This document shows, in pieces, positions 15,140 through 26,473 of a DNA stretch of 48,003 nucleotides. Position 1 is the first letter of the stretch. Each line of letters opens with the position of its first letter. The DNA lies in the sequence record DRR723986_15922. The stretch is one strand, 5' to 3'. Both the position numbers and the translations under genes were made by a program. The notes beneath the pieces were generated by a model, which did no database searches, was not told where the DNA came from, and saw only the letters and a program-made list of their open reading frames with translations.

Positions 15140-15928
15140 ATGACCGTCTACACCAGCTCGACCCTGGATGTGCCTAGCACATCCAACATTCCAAAGCACG
15201 TTGCAATCGTGATGGATGGAAACGGCCGTTGGGCCAAAAGCCGACTGATGCCCCGATTCGCCGGGCATAAGCGAGGGGTGGATGCGGTAAGACGTACCGT
15301 TCAGGCTTGTTGTGAATTGGGAGTGGAGCACCTCACGCTGTTTGCTTTTTCTTCCGAGAATTGGCGCCGGCCGCCCGAGGAAGTCAGCCTGCTGATGCGC
15401 CTGTTCATACGTGTGCTGCGCAAGGATGTCGAGGCCATGCACCGTGAGAACATTTGCCTTCGAATTATTGGCGACACTACCGCCTTCGAGCCCGAATTGC
15501 AGGCTGCTATTGCTTCAGCGCAGGATCTGACCAAAAACAATACCCGGCTATACCTTAATATTGCTGCCAATTATGGTGGTCGCTGGGATATTCTTCAGGC
15601 GACAAAAAACATGCTGAAAAGCAATCCCGAGTTGATCAACAACCCGGATCAAATTTCAGAAACAGATCTTTCCAGGCATTTGTGTCTTCAAGGTAGCCCT
15701 GAGCCAGACCTTTTTATACGCACAGGTGGTGAACAACGAGTATCCAATTTCCTGTTATGGCAGTTGGCGTACACTGAATTTTATTTCACAGATAAGTTTT
15801 GGCCCGATTTCGGCAAGCCGATGCTGCTTGAGGCCATCGATTCCTATAACAACAGAGAACGACGCTTTGGTCGAACCTCCGAGCAAATTCAGCCACCTGC
15901 GGCCAATGTTCGGCAATCTGCCAAGTGA
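15140..15928 (+). CDS. uppS: Undecaprenyl diphosphate synthase
   Basis: [51 protein letters not shown]. Confidence 0.97.
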   Translation: MTVYTSSTLDVPSTSNIPKHVAIVMDGNGRWAKSRLMPRFAGHKRGVDAVRRTVQACCELGVEHLTLFAFSSENWRRPPEEVSLLMRLFIRVLRKDVEAMHRENICLRIIGDTTAFEPELQAAIASAQDLTKNNTRLYLNIAANYGGRWDILQATKNMLKSNPELINNPDQISETDLSRHLCLQGSPEPDLFIRTGGEQRVSNFLLWQLAYTEFYFTDKFWPDFGKPMLLEAIDSYNNRERRFGRTSEQIQPPAANVRQSAK

Positions 15929-15952
15929 TTCGGTTCTCAATCGAGACATATC

Positions 15953-16795
15953 ATGCTTAGAACGCGTGTGATCACCGCTGTGATCCTGCTGATCGTGTTG
16001 CTAGTAGTTCTGATGTATGGCGGCGAAATCGGCTGGAACCTGTTCATATTGACGGTGTTGGTGGGTGCATTCTGGGAATGGGCACGCCTCGGTCTTTTTG
16101 GATCCACCCAAGCCGTGGCCTATGCAGTTGCGGGGGGCTTGCTCTGTGTTCTTCTCGAACGTTTGCTCGACTTGCAAACTCAGGCTTTTCCTCTACTGGC
16201 TGTGGCCAGTGTGTTTTGGGTTGCGTTTGCACCGTGGTGCCTTCGAAACGTATCAGTTGGGGTGCTGGCCCACAAGGGTTTGTACGGTCTGGTCGGGTTT
16301 GTTCTCATTGCTGCGGCGGGTCTGGCACTGGTCATCACAAAGACCTACGGCATTGTTTTTCTGCTCAGCACCATCGCCATTTGTTTTGCTGCTGACATCT
16401 TTGCCTATTTCTTTGGGAAAACCTTTGGCAAACGGAAACTTGCACCGCGTATTTCTCCAGGAAAAAGCTGGGAGGGGGCAATTGGCGGGGCGCTCAGTGT
16501 TGTGGCACTGAGTTGGTTGATTGTTTCGTTGTCGGCGACTTATCCGGAGTTGGAAAACACCTGGCAGGCCATGGCCTATGATCGGTGGCACCCCATGGTG
16601 TTCACTTTCTGGTTGATTGTATTAAGTGCGTACAGTGTGGTGGGTGACCTGTTTGAATCCATGCTCAAACGAAGGGCAGGGTTGAAGGACAGCAGTCAAC
16701 TGTTGCCCGGTCATGGAGGCGTTCTCGACAGGATTGATGCGCAATTGCCGGTGTTGCCCCTTGCAATTTTGCTGGTTAGTGCAATTGTGGCTTGA
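15953..16795 (+). CDS. cdsA: Phosphatidate cytidylyltransferase
   Basis: Multi-TM; ISPGKSWEG, GDLFESMLKR..G.KDS..LLPGHGGVLDRID. Confidence 0.96.
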   Translation: MLRTRVITAVILLIVLLVVLMYGGEIGWNLFILTVLVGAFWEWARLGLFGSTQAVAYAVAGGLLCVLLERLLDLQTQAFPLLAVASVFWVAFAPWCLRNVSVGVLAHKGLYGLVGFVLIAAAGLALVITKTYGIVFLLSTIAICFAADIFAYFFGKTFGKRKLAPRISPGKSWEGAIGGALSVVALSWLIVSLSATYPELENTWQAMAYDRWHPMVFTFWLIVLSAYSVVGDLFESMLKRRAGLKDSSQLLPGHGGVLDRIDAQLPVLPLAILLVSAIVA

Positions 16796-16803
16796 GTTGA
16801 ACA

Positions 16804-18003
16804 ATGGATTTGCAGAATTTACTAATTTTGGGCGCCACGGGCACCATTGGTGTCAATACTCTTGATGTGATCGCAAGGCATCCTGATCGCTTTCAAGTGT
16901 ATGGCCTGGCTGCGGGGAAAAACATTGAGTTGTTGTATTCACAGGCCTGCACTCATCGCCCCAAAGCATTGATTATTTGCGACAGCAAGGCACTGGATCA
17001 GTGGCACGCCTCAGGTTTCAGCGCGAAGCTTCGCGAACAACTCGGCTATCTTCCCGAAATCGGTGGTCAGGGAGAACTGGAATCGCTTTGTCAAAGCCAG
17101 CAAATTGATGTTGTTGTGGCTGCAATCGTGGGCTCTGCAGGGCTAAAACCAACGCTCAGCGCGCTACAGGCCGGCAAACGGGTGCTGTTGGCCAACAAAG
17201 AGTCGCTTGTTCTTGCCGGGCAGTTCATGATTCAAGCCTGTTTGCGCTCCGGCGCGACAATATTGCCCGTTGATTCCGAACACAATGCGATTTATCAGTG
17301 TTTGCCCGCGGATTATGATTTGAGCAAGGCATCCGAATACGGTGTAGAAAGGTTGATCTTAACCGCATCTGGGGGCCCTTTCAGGAGCAAAAGCCTCGCG
17401 GAACTTTCTCAAGTCAGTCCTGCCCAAGCGATAGCGCATCCAAATTGGGTCATGGGAAGAAAAATTTCAGTGGACAGCGCCACCATGGCGAACAAAGGAC
17501 TGGAGTTGATCGAAGCTTTGTGGTTGTTCGGATTGCCCGCCAGGCAACTCTCTGTGTTGGTTCATCCACAATCAATCGTTCACTCATTGGTGGAGTACCG
17601 CGACGGCAGCATGCTGGCGCAATTGGGTTGTCCTGACATGCGAACGCCGATTGCCCATGTTTTGGGTCTGCCGGATCGAATTGAATCCGGTTCACCACGT
17701 TTGAATTTGGCCACCTTGGGAAAACTCGACTTCGAAGAACCCGATTTGAGTCGCTTCCCGATGCTGAAACTTGCGTTTGATGTATTGGAAAAACCTGACA
17801 CCATGGCGCCAGTGTTCAATGCAGCCAATGAAATAGCTGTGGACTTGTTTTTGAACGAAAAGATTGCTTATATGGACATTGTGAAGTTGACCCAAATGTG
17901 TATGTCCCGTTTCGCGTCAACCTCGATTACAAACCTCGATGATGCATTTGCACTGGACGTTGAGGTGCGCGCATTTGCAACCGAATGCGCCGAAAAGTTT
18001 TAA
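16804..18003 (+). CDS. dxr: 1-deoxy-D-xylulose-5-phosphate reductoisomerase
   Basis: GATGTIG, LANKE, LPVDSEH, TASGGPF, HPNWVMG.KISVDSATM.NKGLE, NAANE. Confidence 0.97.
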   Translation: MDLQNLLILGATGTIGVNTLDVIARHPDRFQVYGLAAGKNIELLYSQACTHRPKALIICDSKALDQWHASGFSAKLREQLGYLPEIGGQGELESLCQSQQIDVVVAAIVGSAGLKPTLSALQAGKRVLLANKESLVLAGQFMIQACLRSGATILPVDSEHNAIYQCLPADYDLSKASEYGVERLILTASGGPFRSKSLAELSQVSPAQAIAHPNWVMGRKISVDSATMANKGLELIEALWLFGLPARQLSVLVHPQSIVHSLVEYRDGSMLAQLGCPDMRTPIAHVLGLPDRIESGSPRLNLATLGKLDFEEPDLSRFPMLKLAFDVLEKPDTMAPVFNAANEIAVDLFLNEKIAYMDIVKLTQMCMSRFASTSITNLDDAFALDVEVRAFATECAEKF

Positions 18004-18016
18004 ACACAGGATTTAA

Positions 18017-19360
18017 ATGCTGAATTCAATTGTTTCATTCCTGATTGCCCTCGGTATTCTGGTTTTCATCCATGAGTATGGCCACTATTCGGTTGCCCGC
18101 TTCTATGGGGTGAGGGTCATTCGGTTTTCCGTGGGCTTTGGCAAACCAATATTTCGGTGGATTAACAGGAAAACCAAGGTGGAATGGACGGTTTCCTGGA
18201 TTCCTTTGGGTGGCTACGTGCGAATGCTGGATGAGCGTGACCCGGATAGTTTAAAGGGTCACGACATCGATCTCTCTGAATCATTCAACCGCAAACCCGT
18301 TGGTCAGCGCATCGCCATTGTACTGGCCGGCCCTTTGGCCAACCTCATTCTTGCGGCGCTCATCTACGGCTTTTTGGCTTACATGCAACCTATGGGGCTG
18401 GCCACGCAGGTCTCTCAGCCGCCCCTCAATACAGGTGCTGCAAGTGCGGGTTTGATGAGTGGTGATGAAATCACCGAGGTCAATGGTGATCGGACCAAGA
18501 ATTGGAATGAGGTGTCGTGGGCACTGATCAAGGCTCGTCTTTTCCGAGATGATGTGACGATTAAAGTCAATCGCGGCGGATATGAATTATTTCTCGAACC
18601 CATTCAATCGTCGGCAATTGAAGCGGAGTTAGGGCCATCGTTGACACGTGAACTCGGTTTTTCCCCAATCGAGAAAAGTGTAATCGTCCGGGCCGTGAGC
18701 GAGGGTAGTGCGGCAGCAGGCGCCGGTTTTTTAGTCAAGGATCAAATACTAAGCGTAGATGGTATTCCTGTTGAAACCTCCGCCCAATTTACCACCTTGA
18801 TCAAAGAACGCGCAGCATTGGAGACCACGGTGCGCATTCGTCGCAATGAACAGGACATCAGCTTAATGGCTGTGCCTGAGCGAACTCGACTTGACAACGG
18901 CGAGATCATCGGCCGGCTTGGTCTGTCCATTGGTGGCGAGTCAGTGGTTGTGAGTCATCCCCTGAATCCGATTGAATCGATCATTGAGGGCACCGGTAGA
19001 ATGATTGAAGTTAGCGTATTTTCGCTGGCCGCCTTGGGTAAAATGGTGACCGGTGATTTGTCCTGGAACCACCTGAGCGGACCGGTGTCCATTGCATCGG
19101 CTGCAGGTGAATCATCGAGCCTCGGGATTCTTCCTTTTTTCGGTTTTCTTGCCATGGTTTCTGTTAGCCTAGGCATTTTGAATCTTTTGCCAATCCCTCT
19201 CTTGGACGGCGGACACTTGATGTATTATTTGGCCGAAATCGTCAGAGGCAAGCCAGTTGATGAAGTTTGGCAGATTCGAGGTCAAAAACTGGGTATTTTG
19301 CTGATTGGCATATTAACCAGTGTTGCTTTTTTTAATGATATACAAAGGCTAATTTTCTAA
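18017..19360 (+). CDS. rseP: RIP metalloprotease RseP
   Basis: HEYGH, IPLGGYV, two PDZ-like domains, NLLPIPLLDGG. Confidence 0.96.
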   Translation: MLNSIVSFLIALGILVFIHEYGHYSVARFYGVRVIRFSVGFGKPIFRWINRKTKVEWTVSWIPLGGYVRMLDERDPDSLKGHDIDLSESFNRKPVGQRIAIVLAGPLANLILAALIYGFLAYMQPMGLATQVSQPPLNTGAASAGLMSGDEITEVNGDRTKNWNEVSWALIKARLFRDDVTIKVNRGGYELFLEPIQSSAIEAELGPSLTRELGFSPIEKSVIVRAVSEGSAAAGAGFLVKDQILSVDGIPVETSAQFTTLIKERAALETTVRIRRNEQDISLMAVPERTRLDNGEIIGRLGLSIGGESVVVSHPLNPIESIIEGTGRMIEVSVFSLAALGKMVTGDLSWNHLSGPVSIASAAGESSSLGILPFFGFLAMVSVSLGILNLLPIPLLDGGHLMYYLAEIVRGKPVDEVWQIRGQKLGILLIGILTSVAFFNDIQRLIF

Positions 19361-19411
19361 GGGCCTTCACATATTGGTTCCAGCCTGACGGGGCTGGTAG
19401 GAACGATCTGA

Positions 19412-21718
19412 ATGACAATAAGAAGTACTCTGTTTCCAGCGCGCTTGGTTTACCCAGTCGTGGCCACCTGTGCTTTGTCGGTGGGCGTTGTGCACGCCCA
19501 GGCAACCCAGTTTGTGGTGAAAGACATCGAGGTTGAAGGCCTTCGCCGCACTGAGGCGGGCACGGTATTCAGTTACCTGCCCATTCGCGTGGGTGACACC
19601 TTCACCGACGAAAAAGCCTTACAGGCTATCCGTTCACTTTTTGCAACCGGATTTTTTGAAGATGTCAAAATTTCTGCCAAAGGTGACGTACTGGTAGTTA
19701 CCGTGGTTGAGAGACCGGCAATTGCCTCCGTCGAAATCAACGGGACCAAAGAATTCGACAAAGAAACCCTCAAAGAGGCGCTGAAGGGCGTCGGTATTGG
19801 TGAATCCCTGATTTTTGACAGATCGCTTCTTGACAAGGCGGAGCAGGAATTGAAGCGCCAATACCTGTCCCGAAGCAAATATGGCGCGCAGGTCCAAACC
19901 CGTGTTGACCAACTGGCCCGTAATCGCGTTGGCATTACGTTTAACGTCGATGAGGGCGAATCAGCCTCAATCAAGCAGTTGAAGATTCTGGGGGCAAAAG
20001 ACTTCGAGGAAGAGGAACTGCTGGAGGAGTTCGAGCTGAGCACTGGCGGCTGGATGTCGTGGTACAGCAAGAATGATCAGTATTCCCGGCAAAAGTTGAG
20101 TGGAGACATTGAAAAGCTACGCTCCTTTTACTTGAACCGCGGTTATGCCGATTTCAGCATCGAGAACACTCAGGTTCAAATTGCGCCCAACAAGCAAGAC
20201 ATCTTCATTACCATCACCATCAAGGAAGGAGAGAAATTCACCTTCGGCGACATTGAGCTCTCTGGTCAATTACTGGGGCGCGACGATGAGTTGCGTTCGC
20301 TGATCAAGATGAAGAAAGGCGAGACCTTCAATGGCGAATTGTTGACGGACAGCTCCAAAGCCATTCAGGACCGCTTGGGTAATTATGGCTACGCATTTGC
20401 CAATGCCAATGTGATTCCCGACATCGATCGTGAAAAACGGGTAGTGAACATCAACATGGCAGTGGACACCGGCAAAAGGGTGTATGTTCGCCGCATGAAT
20501 GTGGGCGGCAACACCCGCACCAAGGATGAAGTGATTCGCCGTGAATTCCGTCAGTTCGAATCGTCCTGGTACGACTCCAGAAAAATTCAGCTGTCCAAGG
20601 AGCGCGTGGATCGTTTGGGTTATTTCTCCAACGTGGATATCGAAACCCAACCGGTACCTGGCACATCGGATCAAATCGATGTAAACATGCAAGTTGAGGA
20701 AAAACCGACTGGCAACCTCTTGCTGGGTGCAGGTATCTCAAGTACCGATAGCTTGGTGCTGTCGGCAGCCATTCAGCAGCAAAACCTGTTTGGAACCGGT
20801 AAAACAGTCGGCCTGGAGTTAAACACGAGCAAGGTCAACCGCACAATATCGTTTTCCCAGACAGACCCATACTTCACGATTGACGGGGTTTCCCGCAGCT
20901 TCGAGGTATACAACCGCCGCACAGACCCCAGCGAGTTGAATCTGGGTGACTACATCATTGAAACCACAGGTGCAGGCCTGCGCTTTGGTTATCCAATTAG
21001 CGAATTTGAGCGTATTTCGTTCGGAGCGGGTTACGAAGGTACAGACCTTGAAGTGGGCCCATTCAGCCCAGATCGCTTTCAGCGCTATGTGAACGACTTT
21101 GGCAATTCGAGTTATGCCGTTTTGCTCAACGCTGGATACTCATTTGACTCACGCGACTCGGCCATTGCCCCGACACGCGGTCGTGTAACCCGATTGACCG
21201 CTGAATACGCAACCCCCCTTGGCGATCAAGAGTTTATTCGCACCACTTACCAGGAACAGTTTTATTTCCCGATTGGCAAGCTGTACACCCTGGCCTTGAA
21301 TGGTGAGGTAACAGGTGGTTTTGGTTTGGGCGACTCGCCTTACCCGATTTTCCGCAATGTGTATGCAGGTGGTATTGGTACTGTCAGAGGCTATCGCTCG
21401 TCCACGCTGGGGCCACGCGATGCTGACAATGTACCCATTGGTGGCTCTAAGCGCGTTATTGCGAATGCAGAGTTTTTCTTCCCGATCCCAGGTATGTCAA
21501 AAGACCGTACCTTCAGGGCGTTTACCTTCCTTGATGCAGGTAACGTGTTCCAAACCAATGAAAAAATCAAGTTTGGTGAACTGCGTTACTCAACCGGTGT
21601 GGGTATTTCCTGGCTGTCGCCAGTTGGGCCTTTGAAGTTCAGTTTGGGCGTGCCGCTGAACCGGGAGCCACAAGACGAAACCCAACGAGTTCAGTTCACG
21701 ATTGGTACTGGCTTCTAA
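19412..21718 (+). CDS. bamA: Outer membrane protein assembly factor BamA
   Basis: Signal peptide, POTRA repeats (GLRRTE, TGFFEDV), VRGY motif, C-terminal FTIGTGF. Confidence 0.97.
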   Translation: MTIRSTLFPARLVYPVVATCALSVGVVHAQATQFVVKDIEVEGLRRTEAGTVFSYLPIRVGDTFTDEKALQAIRSLFATGFFEDVKISAKGDVLVVTVVERPAIASVEINGTKEFDKETLKEALKGVGIGESLIFDRSLLDKAEQELKRQYLSRSKYGAQVQTRVDQLARNRVGITFNVDEGESASIKQLKILGAKDFEEEELLEEFELSTGGWMSWYSKNDQYSRQKLSGDIEKLRSFYLNRGYADFSIENTQVQIAPNKQDIFITITIKEGEKFTFGDIELSGQLLGRDDELRSLIKMKKGETFNGELLTDSSKAIQDRLGNYGYAFANANVIPDIDREKRVVNINMAVDTGKRVYVRRMNVGGNTRTKDEVIRREFRQFESSWYDSRKIQLSKERVDRLGYFSNVDIETQPVPGTSDQIDVNMQVEEKPTGNLLLGAGISSTDSLVLSAAIQQQNLFGTGKTVGLELNTSKVNRTISFSQTDPYFTIDGVSRSFEVYNRRTDPSELNLGDYIIETTGAGLRFGYPISEFERISFGAGYEGTDLEVGPFSPDRFQRYVNDFGNSSYAVLLNAGYSFDSRDSAIAPTRGRVTRLTAEYATPLGDQEFIRTTYQEQFYFPIGKLYTLALNGEVTGGFGLGDSPYPIFRNVYAGGIGTVRGYRSSTLGPRDADNVPIGGSKRVIANAEFFFPIPGMSKDRTFRAFTFLDAGNVFQTNEKIKFGELRYSTGVGISWLSPVGPLKFSLGVPLNREPQDETQRVQFTIGTGF

Positions 21719-21738
21719 ATTCGAACAAATATTGGAGA

Positions 21739-22260
21739 ATGGTTTTGAATAGTGTGAAAAAATTGTTGATTGGTAGTGCTTTGTCGTTGGCGGTTGTACT
21801 GCCGACTATGTCCCACGCTCAGGCAGCAACAAAGATTGGATTTGTAAATACAGAGCGCATTCTGCGTGATTCCAAGTTTGCCGTTGAATCACAAAAGAAA
21901 CTGGAACGTGATTTTTCCAAGCGTCAGAAAGAACTGGAAGACCTGGCCACCAAGGTGAAAGCCGAGGCCACCAAGCTGGACAAAGATGCAATTACTTTGC
22001 CGGAAGCAGAGAAGGTACGTCGTCAGCGTGATCTGGCTGAAATGGACCGTGATTTCCAACGCAAGCGTCGCGAGTTTGAAGAGGACCTGGCACAACGCAA
22101 GAATCAGGTTGTGGGTGAGTTGGTCGAACGCGCCAATCGCGTAATTCGTCAAATTGCCGAAAAGGAAAATTACGACATCATTTTCCAGGAAGCAGTTTAT
22201 GCCAACAAGCGTATCGACATCACAGACCAAGTTCTCAGCAGCTTGGATAACGCGAAGTAA
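21739..22260 (+). CDS. skp: Periplasmic chaperone Skp/OmpH
   Basis: Signal peptide, KIGFVNTERI, coiled coil, IDITDQV; position after bamA. Confidence 0.93.
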   Translation: MVLNSVKKLLIGSALSLAVVLPTMSHAQAATKIGFVNTERILRDSKFAVESQKKLERDFSKRQKELEDLATKVKAEATKLDKDAITLPEAEKVRRQRDLAEMDRDFQRKRREFEEDLAQRKNQVVGELVERANRVIRQIAEKENYDIIFQEAVYANKRIDITDQVLSSLDNAK

Positions 22261-22269
22261 ACGGCGTCA

Positions 22270-23355
22270 ATGAATTTTATTGAAACGAAGCTCAGTGCGC
22301 TACTTGAACAGTTTGGCGGTCGACTGGCTTCGTTTGGTGGTGAACCAGCGCTCCCAGGCGACATTCGCCTGGCAGGAATCCAGCCTCTGGAGAATGCAGG
22401 GGCGACACACCTCGGCTTCCTGGCCAACCCCAAATTTCGCGATCAATTGCTTTCAAGCAAAGCGGCTGTGGTTCTTGTTCGGGAATCCCAGTTTGAGTCG
22501 CTTTGCCAATATCTCAAAGACAGCACCGGTTCCGTCCCCACCACATTGGCATGGCTGGTCAATGACCCGTATTTGTACTATGCCAAGGTACAACAGTGGT
22601 GGGTAGCCAACAGTGAGTTCAAACCTGCCCCAGGCATTCATCCGAGAGCGGTTGTAGATCCATCAGCCACAATTGCATCCAGTGCGACGATTGCGGCCAA
22701 TTGCGTGATTGGCGCTAATACCAAGGTGGGTGAGGGTAGCCGGATTGAAGCGGGTGTTGTTCTTGGCAACCATGTTGAAGTGGGTGCAAACACCCGTATT
22801 TATCCCAATGCAACGGTGTACGACGAATGCAAGATAGGATCGAATTGTGTTGTACACGCTGGCGTGGTGATCGGTGCGGACGGTTTTGGCTTTGCCAATG
22901 AAAAGGGGGCCTGGGTCAAAATACCGCAGGTGGGTCGTGTGCTGATTGCAGACCATGTGGAAATTGGTGCCAACACCACCATTGATCGTGGTGCTCTGGA
23001 TGACACCCTAATCGGTTTCGGCGTGAAGCTGGATAATCAAATCCAGATCGCTCACAATGTGACGGTGGGAGAGCACTCCGCCATGGCCGGCTGCGTCGGC
23101 ATTGCAGGCAGTACTAGTATTGGCGCGCGTTGCACGGTGGGCGGTGCCGCCATGGTGTTCGGTCACCTCAATATTCCGGATGGAACCCATGTGTCCGGGG
23201 CGTCGGTGGTCATGAGCAGTATTAAGGAACCGGGTGCTTTCACCGGAATATTCCCCTTGCAAGAGCACAAGGATTGGGAGAAAACTGCGGTAACTCTCAA
23301 ACAATTACTCAAGTTGCGCGGCGAAGTGCGTGAATTGAAGAATAAGCTGAAATAA
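22270..23355 (+). CDS. lpxD: UDP-3-O-acylglucosamine N-acyltransferase
   Basis: Hexapeptide repeats, [31 protein letters not shown]. Confidence 0.96.
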   Translation: MNFIETKLSALLEQFGGRLASFGGEPALPGDIRLAGIQPLENAGATHLGFLANPKFRDQLLSSKAAVVLVRESQFESLCQYLKDSTGSVPTTLAWLVNDPYLYYAKVQQWWVANSEFKPAPGIHPRAVVDPSATIASSATIAANCVIGANTKVGEGSRIEAGVVLGNHVEVGANTRIYPNATVYDECKIGSNCVVHAGVVIGADGFGFANEKGAWVKIPQVGRVLIADHVEIGANTTIDRGALDDTLIGFGVKLDNQIQIAHNVTVGEHSAMAGCVGIAGSTSIGARCTVGGAAMVFGHLNIPDGTHVSGASVVMSSIKEPGAFTGIFPLQEHKDWEKTAVTLKQLLKLRGEVRELKNKLK

Positions 23356-23391
23356 CAATAAACCCAAATTAAAAGTGTGAACTCAGAAGCT

Positions 23392-23841
23392 ATGAATACG
23401 CCAGTTATGGACATCAAAGGCATTTTGGAAAATTTGCCGCACCGTTACCCTTTTGTGCTCGTGGATCGAGTGCTCGAGCTTGAACCCAATGTTCGAATTC
23501 TTGCCCAGAAAAACGTGACCTACAACGAGCCATTCTTTCCCGGGCACTTTCCGATTCATCCGGTCATGCCTGGCGTGTTGATCATGGAAGCCTTGGCGCA
23601 GGCCGCTGGGCTGCTGTCGTTTAAATCCATGGAAGCCGCGCCCGACAAGAACCTGGTGTATTACTTCGTGGGTATCGACAATTGTCGTTTCAAGCGCCCC
23701 GTGGTGCCTGGTGATGTGTTGATGCTGGATGTTCAGGTGGAGCGTGTTTCGCGTGGTATCTGGAAGTACGCCGCGAAAGCGCTGGTGGATGGCAATGTGG
23801 TCGCGCTTGCTGACTTGATGTGCACGGCCCGCGAAGTGTAA
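23392..23841 (+). CDS. fabZ: 3-hydroxyacyl-ACP dehydratase
   Basis: [33 protein letters not shown]; start uncertain (GTG 23377 or ATG 23392/23407). Confidence 0.96.
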   Translation: MNTPVMDIKGILENLPHRYPFVLVDRVLELEPNVRILAQKNVTYNEPFFPGHFPIHPVMPGVLIMEALAQAAGLLSFKSMEAAPDKNLVYYFVGIDNCRFKRPVVPGDVLMLDVQVERVSRGIWKYAAKALVDGNVVALADLMCTAREV

Positions 23842-23854
23842 GGAACACGTTTAA

Positions 23855-24643
23855 ATGCCCATACATGCATCTGCAATAGTTGATCCGAAGGCTGAGCTCG
23901 ATAGTACAGTGGAGGTTGGTCCGTTTTCGGTCATTGGCCCCCATGTCAAAATCGGTGCGCGTACCAAAGTGGGGCCCCACATGATTATCAGTGGCCACAC
24001 CACCATTGGTGAGGACAATGTATTTCATGGCTCGGCCACCATTGGCGGAGACCCACAAGACAAAAAATACAAAGGGGAACCCACTGAACTGATTATTGGC
24101 GACCGAAATACGGTTCGGGAATACTGCACTTTTAATACGGGCACCGTGCAGGATGGTGGCAAAACCACCATGGCCAACGACAACTGGATTATGGCGTATG
24201 TGCACATTGCGCACGACTGCCACATTGGAAGCAACACCATCATCGCCAACAGCGTACAACTGGCAGGCCACGTCATTATTGGTGACTGGGTTATTCTCGG
24301 TGGCATGAGCGGCGTACACCAATTCATTCGCGTGGGCGACCATGCCATGACAGCATTTCAAACCAAGCTGATGCAAGACGTTCCTCCCTTCGTGATGGCC
24401 GCTGGTTACCCGGCTGCGCCCGCTGGAATCAATTCGGAAGGGTTGAAACGAAGAGGCTTTTCACCGGACGCGATTTTGAATATCAAACGTGCCTACAAGG
24501 CGATTTATCGACAGGGGCTAAGCATCGCGGAGGCAAAAGAAGCCATTGATTCCCTGGCCACTGCCGCACCCGACGACGCAAAGCCACACCTTGTTCAAAT
24601 GAAAGCATTTCTTGACGAAGCCACTCGCGGCATCATTCGTTAA
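23855..24643 (+). CDS. lpxA: UDP-N-acetylglucosamine O-acyltransferase
   Basis: Hexapeptide repeats, PQDKKY, HIAHDC, LAGHV, VHQF, GLKRRGF. Confidence 0.97.
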   Translation: MPIHASAIVDPKAELDSTVEVGPFSVIGPHVKIGARTKVGPHMIISGHTTIGEDNVFHGSATIGGDPQDKKYKGEPTELIIGDRNTVREYCTFNTGTVQDGGKTTMANDNWIMAYVHIAHDCHIGSNTIIANSVQLAGHVIIGDWVILGGMSGVHQFIRVGDHAMTAFQTKLMQDVPPFVMAAGYPAAPAGINSEGLKRRGFSPDAILNIKRAYKAIYRQGLSIAEAKEAIDSLATAAPDDAKPHLVQMKAFLDEATRGIIR

Positions 24644-24646
24644 GCC

Positions 24647-25816
24647 ATGGCGTACACCCGTACACCTTACAGCACTCAGCCTGCGGACCTGGCGATTGCC
24701 GTGGGCGAGGCCTCAGGAGACTGGATAGGCGCCTTGGCCATTGAGCATTTGATCCAAACCCAAACGCTGTCAATGGAAGGTATTGCAGGCCCCAAGCTTC
24801 GTGATTTGGGTGTGAAACCCTTGCACGGTTCAGAGGAGTTGTCGGTGCGGGGCTATGTCGAGGTGTTGCGCCATTTGCCGCGTTTACTGAAAATGCGCAG
24901 AAATCTCATTCAGCATTGGTCAACGGCCAATCGCCCTAAGGTATTTGTGGGTGTAGACGCTCCCGATTTCAATTTAAACCTAGAATTGGCCTTGCGGGAG
25001 ACCGGTGTGCCCACGGTCCATGTGGTGTGCCCATCTATTTGGGCGTGGCGCATGGAGCGAATTCACAAGATAAAAGCTGCCTGCAGCCATGTGTTGTGCA
25101 TTTTCCCATTTGAGCCTGAAATTTTAGCCAAGGAGGGAATTTCAGCCACCTATATTGGCCACCCCATGGCTGCACTGGTACCCGAAACAATCGACCCGAT
25201 TGCGTATCGCGCTGGCCTGGGTTTGCAACGCGAGGGGCAATTACTGGCTGTGTTGCCCGGTAGCCGTGGTGCCGAAGTCAAACACATTGGCCCCGCATTT
25301 GTTCAAGCCTGCATTGAATTACTCAAACAAAAGCCAGACTTGCGTTTTGTAACACCCATGCCACCGGCCAGTAAATTGCTCGACATGTTCAGAACCATGA
25401 TCCCTGTACAGCTACTGGATCGCTGGACATTGATCGAAGGCAAGTCTCATGAATGCATGGCCGCAGCCGATGCAGTGATGTTGGCCAGCGGCACCGCCAC
25501 GCTCGAAGCGATGATGTACCGCAAACCCATGGTCATTGCCTACAAAATGCCCTGGCTAAGCTACCAAATGATGAAAGGCAAGGGTTATCAGCCTTATGTC
25601 GGATTGCCCAACATTTTGCTGAATGAGTTTGCGGTGCCTGAACTACTGCAGGATGGTGCGACGCCCACTGCGCTGGCCAATGAAGCATTGTTCCAACTCG
25701 ACAATGATGCCAATCGTGATCGGCTTCAGACGGCCTTTGCAGAACAACACCAACGTTTGTTAAAACCTTCTGGAGAAATTGCCAGCCGTGTTATTCAGCA
25801 GGTGATGAATGGTTGA
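24647..25816 (+). CDS. lpxB: Lipid-A-disaccharide synthase
   Basis: GEASGD, DAPDFN, PSIWAWR, LPGSR..E, ASGTATLE, LPNIL. Confidence 0.95.
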   Translation: MAYTRTPYSTQPADLAIAVGEASGDWIGALAIEHLIQTQTLSMEGIAGPKLRDLGVKPLHGSEELSVRGYVEVLRHLPRLLKMRRNLIQHWSTANRPKVFVGVDAPDFNLNLELALRETGVPTVHVVCPSIWAWRMERIHKIKAACSHVLCIFPFEPEILAKEGISATYIGHPMAALVPETIDPIAYRAGLGLQREGQLLAVLPGSRGAEVKHIGPAFVQACIELLKQKPDLRFVTPMPPASKLLDMFRTMIPVQLLDRWTLIEGKSHECMAAADAVMLASGTATLEAMMYRKPMVIAYKMPWLSYQMMKGKGYQPYVGLPNILLNEFAVPELLQDGATPTALANEALFQLDNDANRDRLQTAFAEQHQRLLKPSGEIASRVIQQVMNG

Positions 25817-26465
25817 ATTTCAGGATTGGCTTGAAATACAGGCCTATGCTTCACAACATGGTTTGCTGGTCATTGGTGTAGATGAAGCGGGTCGCGGCCC
25901 ATTGTGTGGACCAGTAGTTGCCGGTGCAGCATTACTGGAGCGGCCCAATACCATCGAAGGATTGGCCTGTTCAAAAACACTCACCGCCAAGAAGCGAGAC
26001 GCGCTTGCGAGCGCAATTCACGCGCATGCCAGGGCATGCGCTGTGGCTCAGGCCTCTGTAGAGGAAATTGATCAGTTGAATATACTTCAAGCCAGTTTGT
26101 TGGCCATGTGGCGAGCGGTTGATTTGGTAGTTCAGCAAGCCGCCCTGAGGCCAGAGCAGTGTTTGATTGCGGTGGACGGCAACAAATTACCAAAATGGTC
26201 CTACCGAGCGGTGGCTGTAGTAAAAGGGGATACCAAAGTTCCTGCCATTTCAGCCGCTTCAATTCTGGCCAAAGTAGCTCGCGACGAATGGTGTAAAACC
26301 CATGCGCTGCAATACCCACAGTATGAACTGGATGTGCACATGGGCTACCCCACCGCACGCCACATGGCTTTGCTGGCAAAACACGGAGCAACCCAGGTTC
26401 ACCGAAAATCGTTCCGTCCTGTGAGAGAAGCCTTGGAGCGGACGCAGCAGAACTTGTCGTTCTAA
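25809..26465 (+). CDS. rnhB: Ribonuclease HII
   Basis: GVDEAGRGPLCGPV, IDQLNILQAS, VKGD, ISAASILAKVARD, HMGYPT, HRKSF. Confidence 0.95.
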   Translation: MVEFQDWLEIQAYASQHGLLVIGVDEAGRGPLCGPVVAGAALLERPNTIEGLACSKTLTAKKRDALASAIHAHARACAVAQASVEEIDQLNILQASLLAMWRAVDLVVQQAALRPEQCLIAVDGNKLPKWSYRAVAVVKGDTKVPAISAASILAKVARDEWCKTHALQYPQYELDVHMGYPTARHMALLAKHGATQVHRKSFRPVREALERTQQNLSF

Positions 26466-26473
26466 GGAAAATC

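Noticed and set aside
15140-18003. dxr placed after uppS-cdsA, unlike E. coli
   Set aside because: Normal order in Betaproteobacteria
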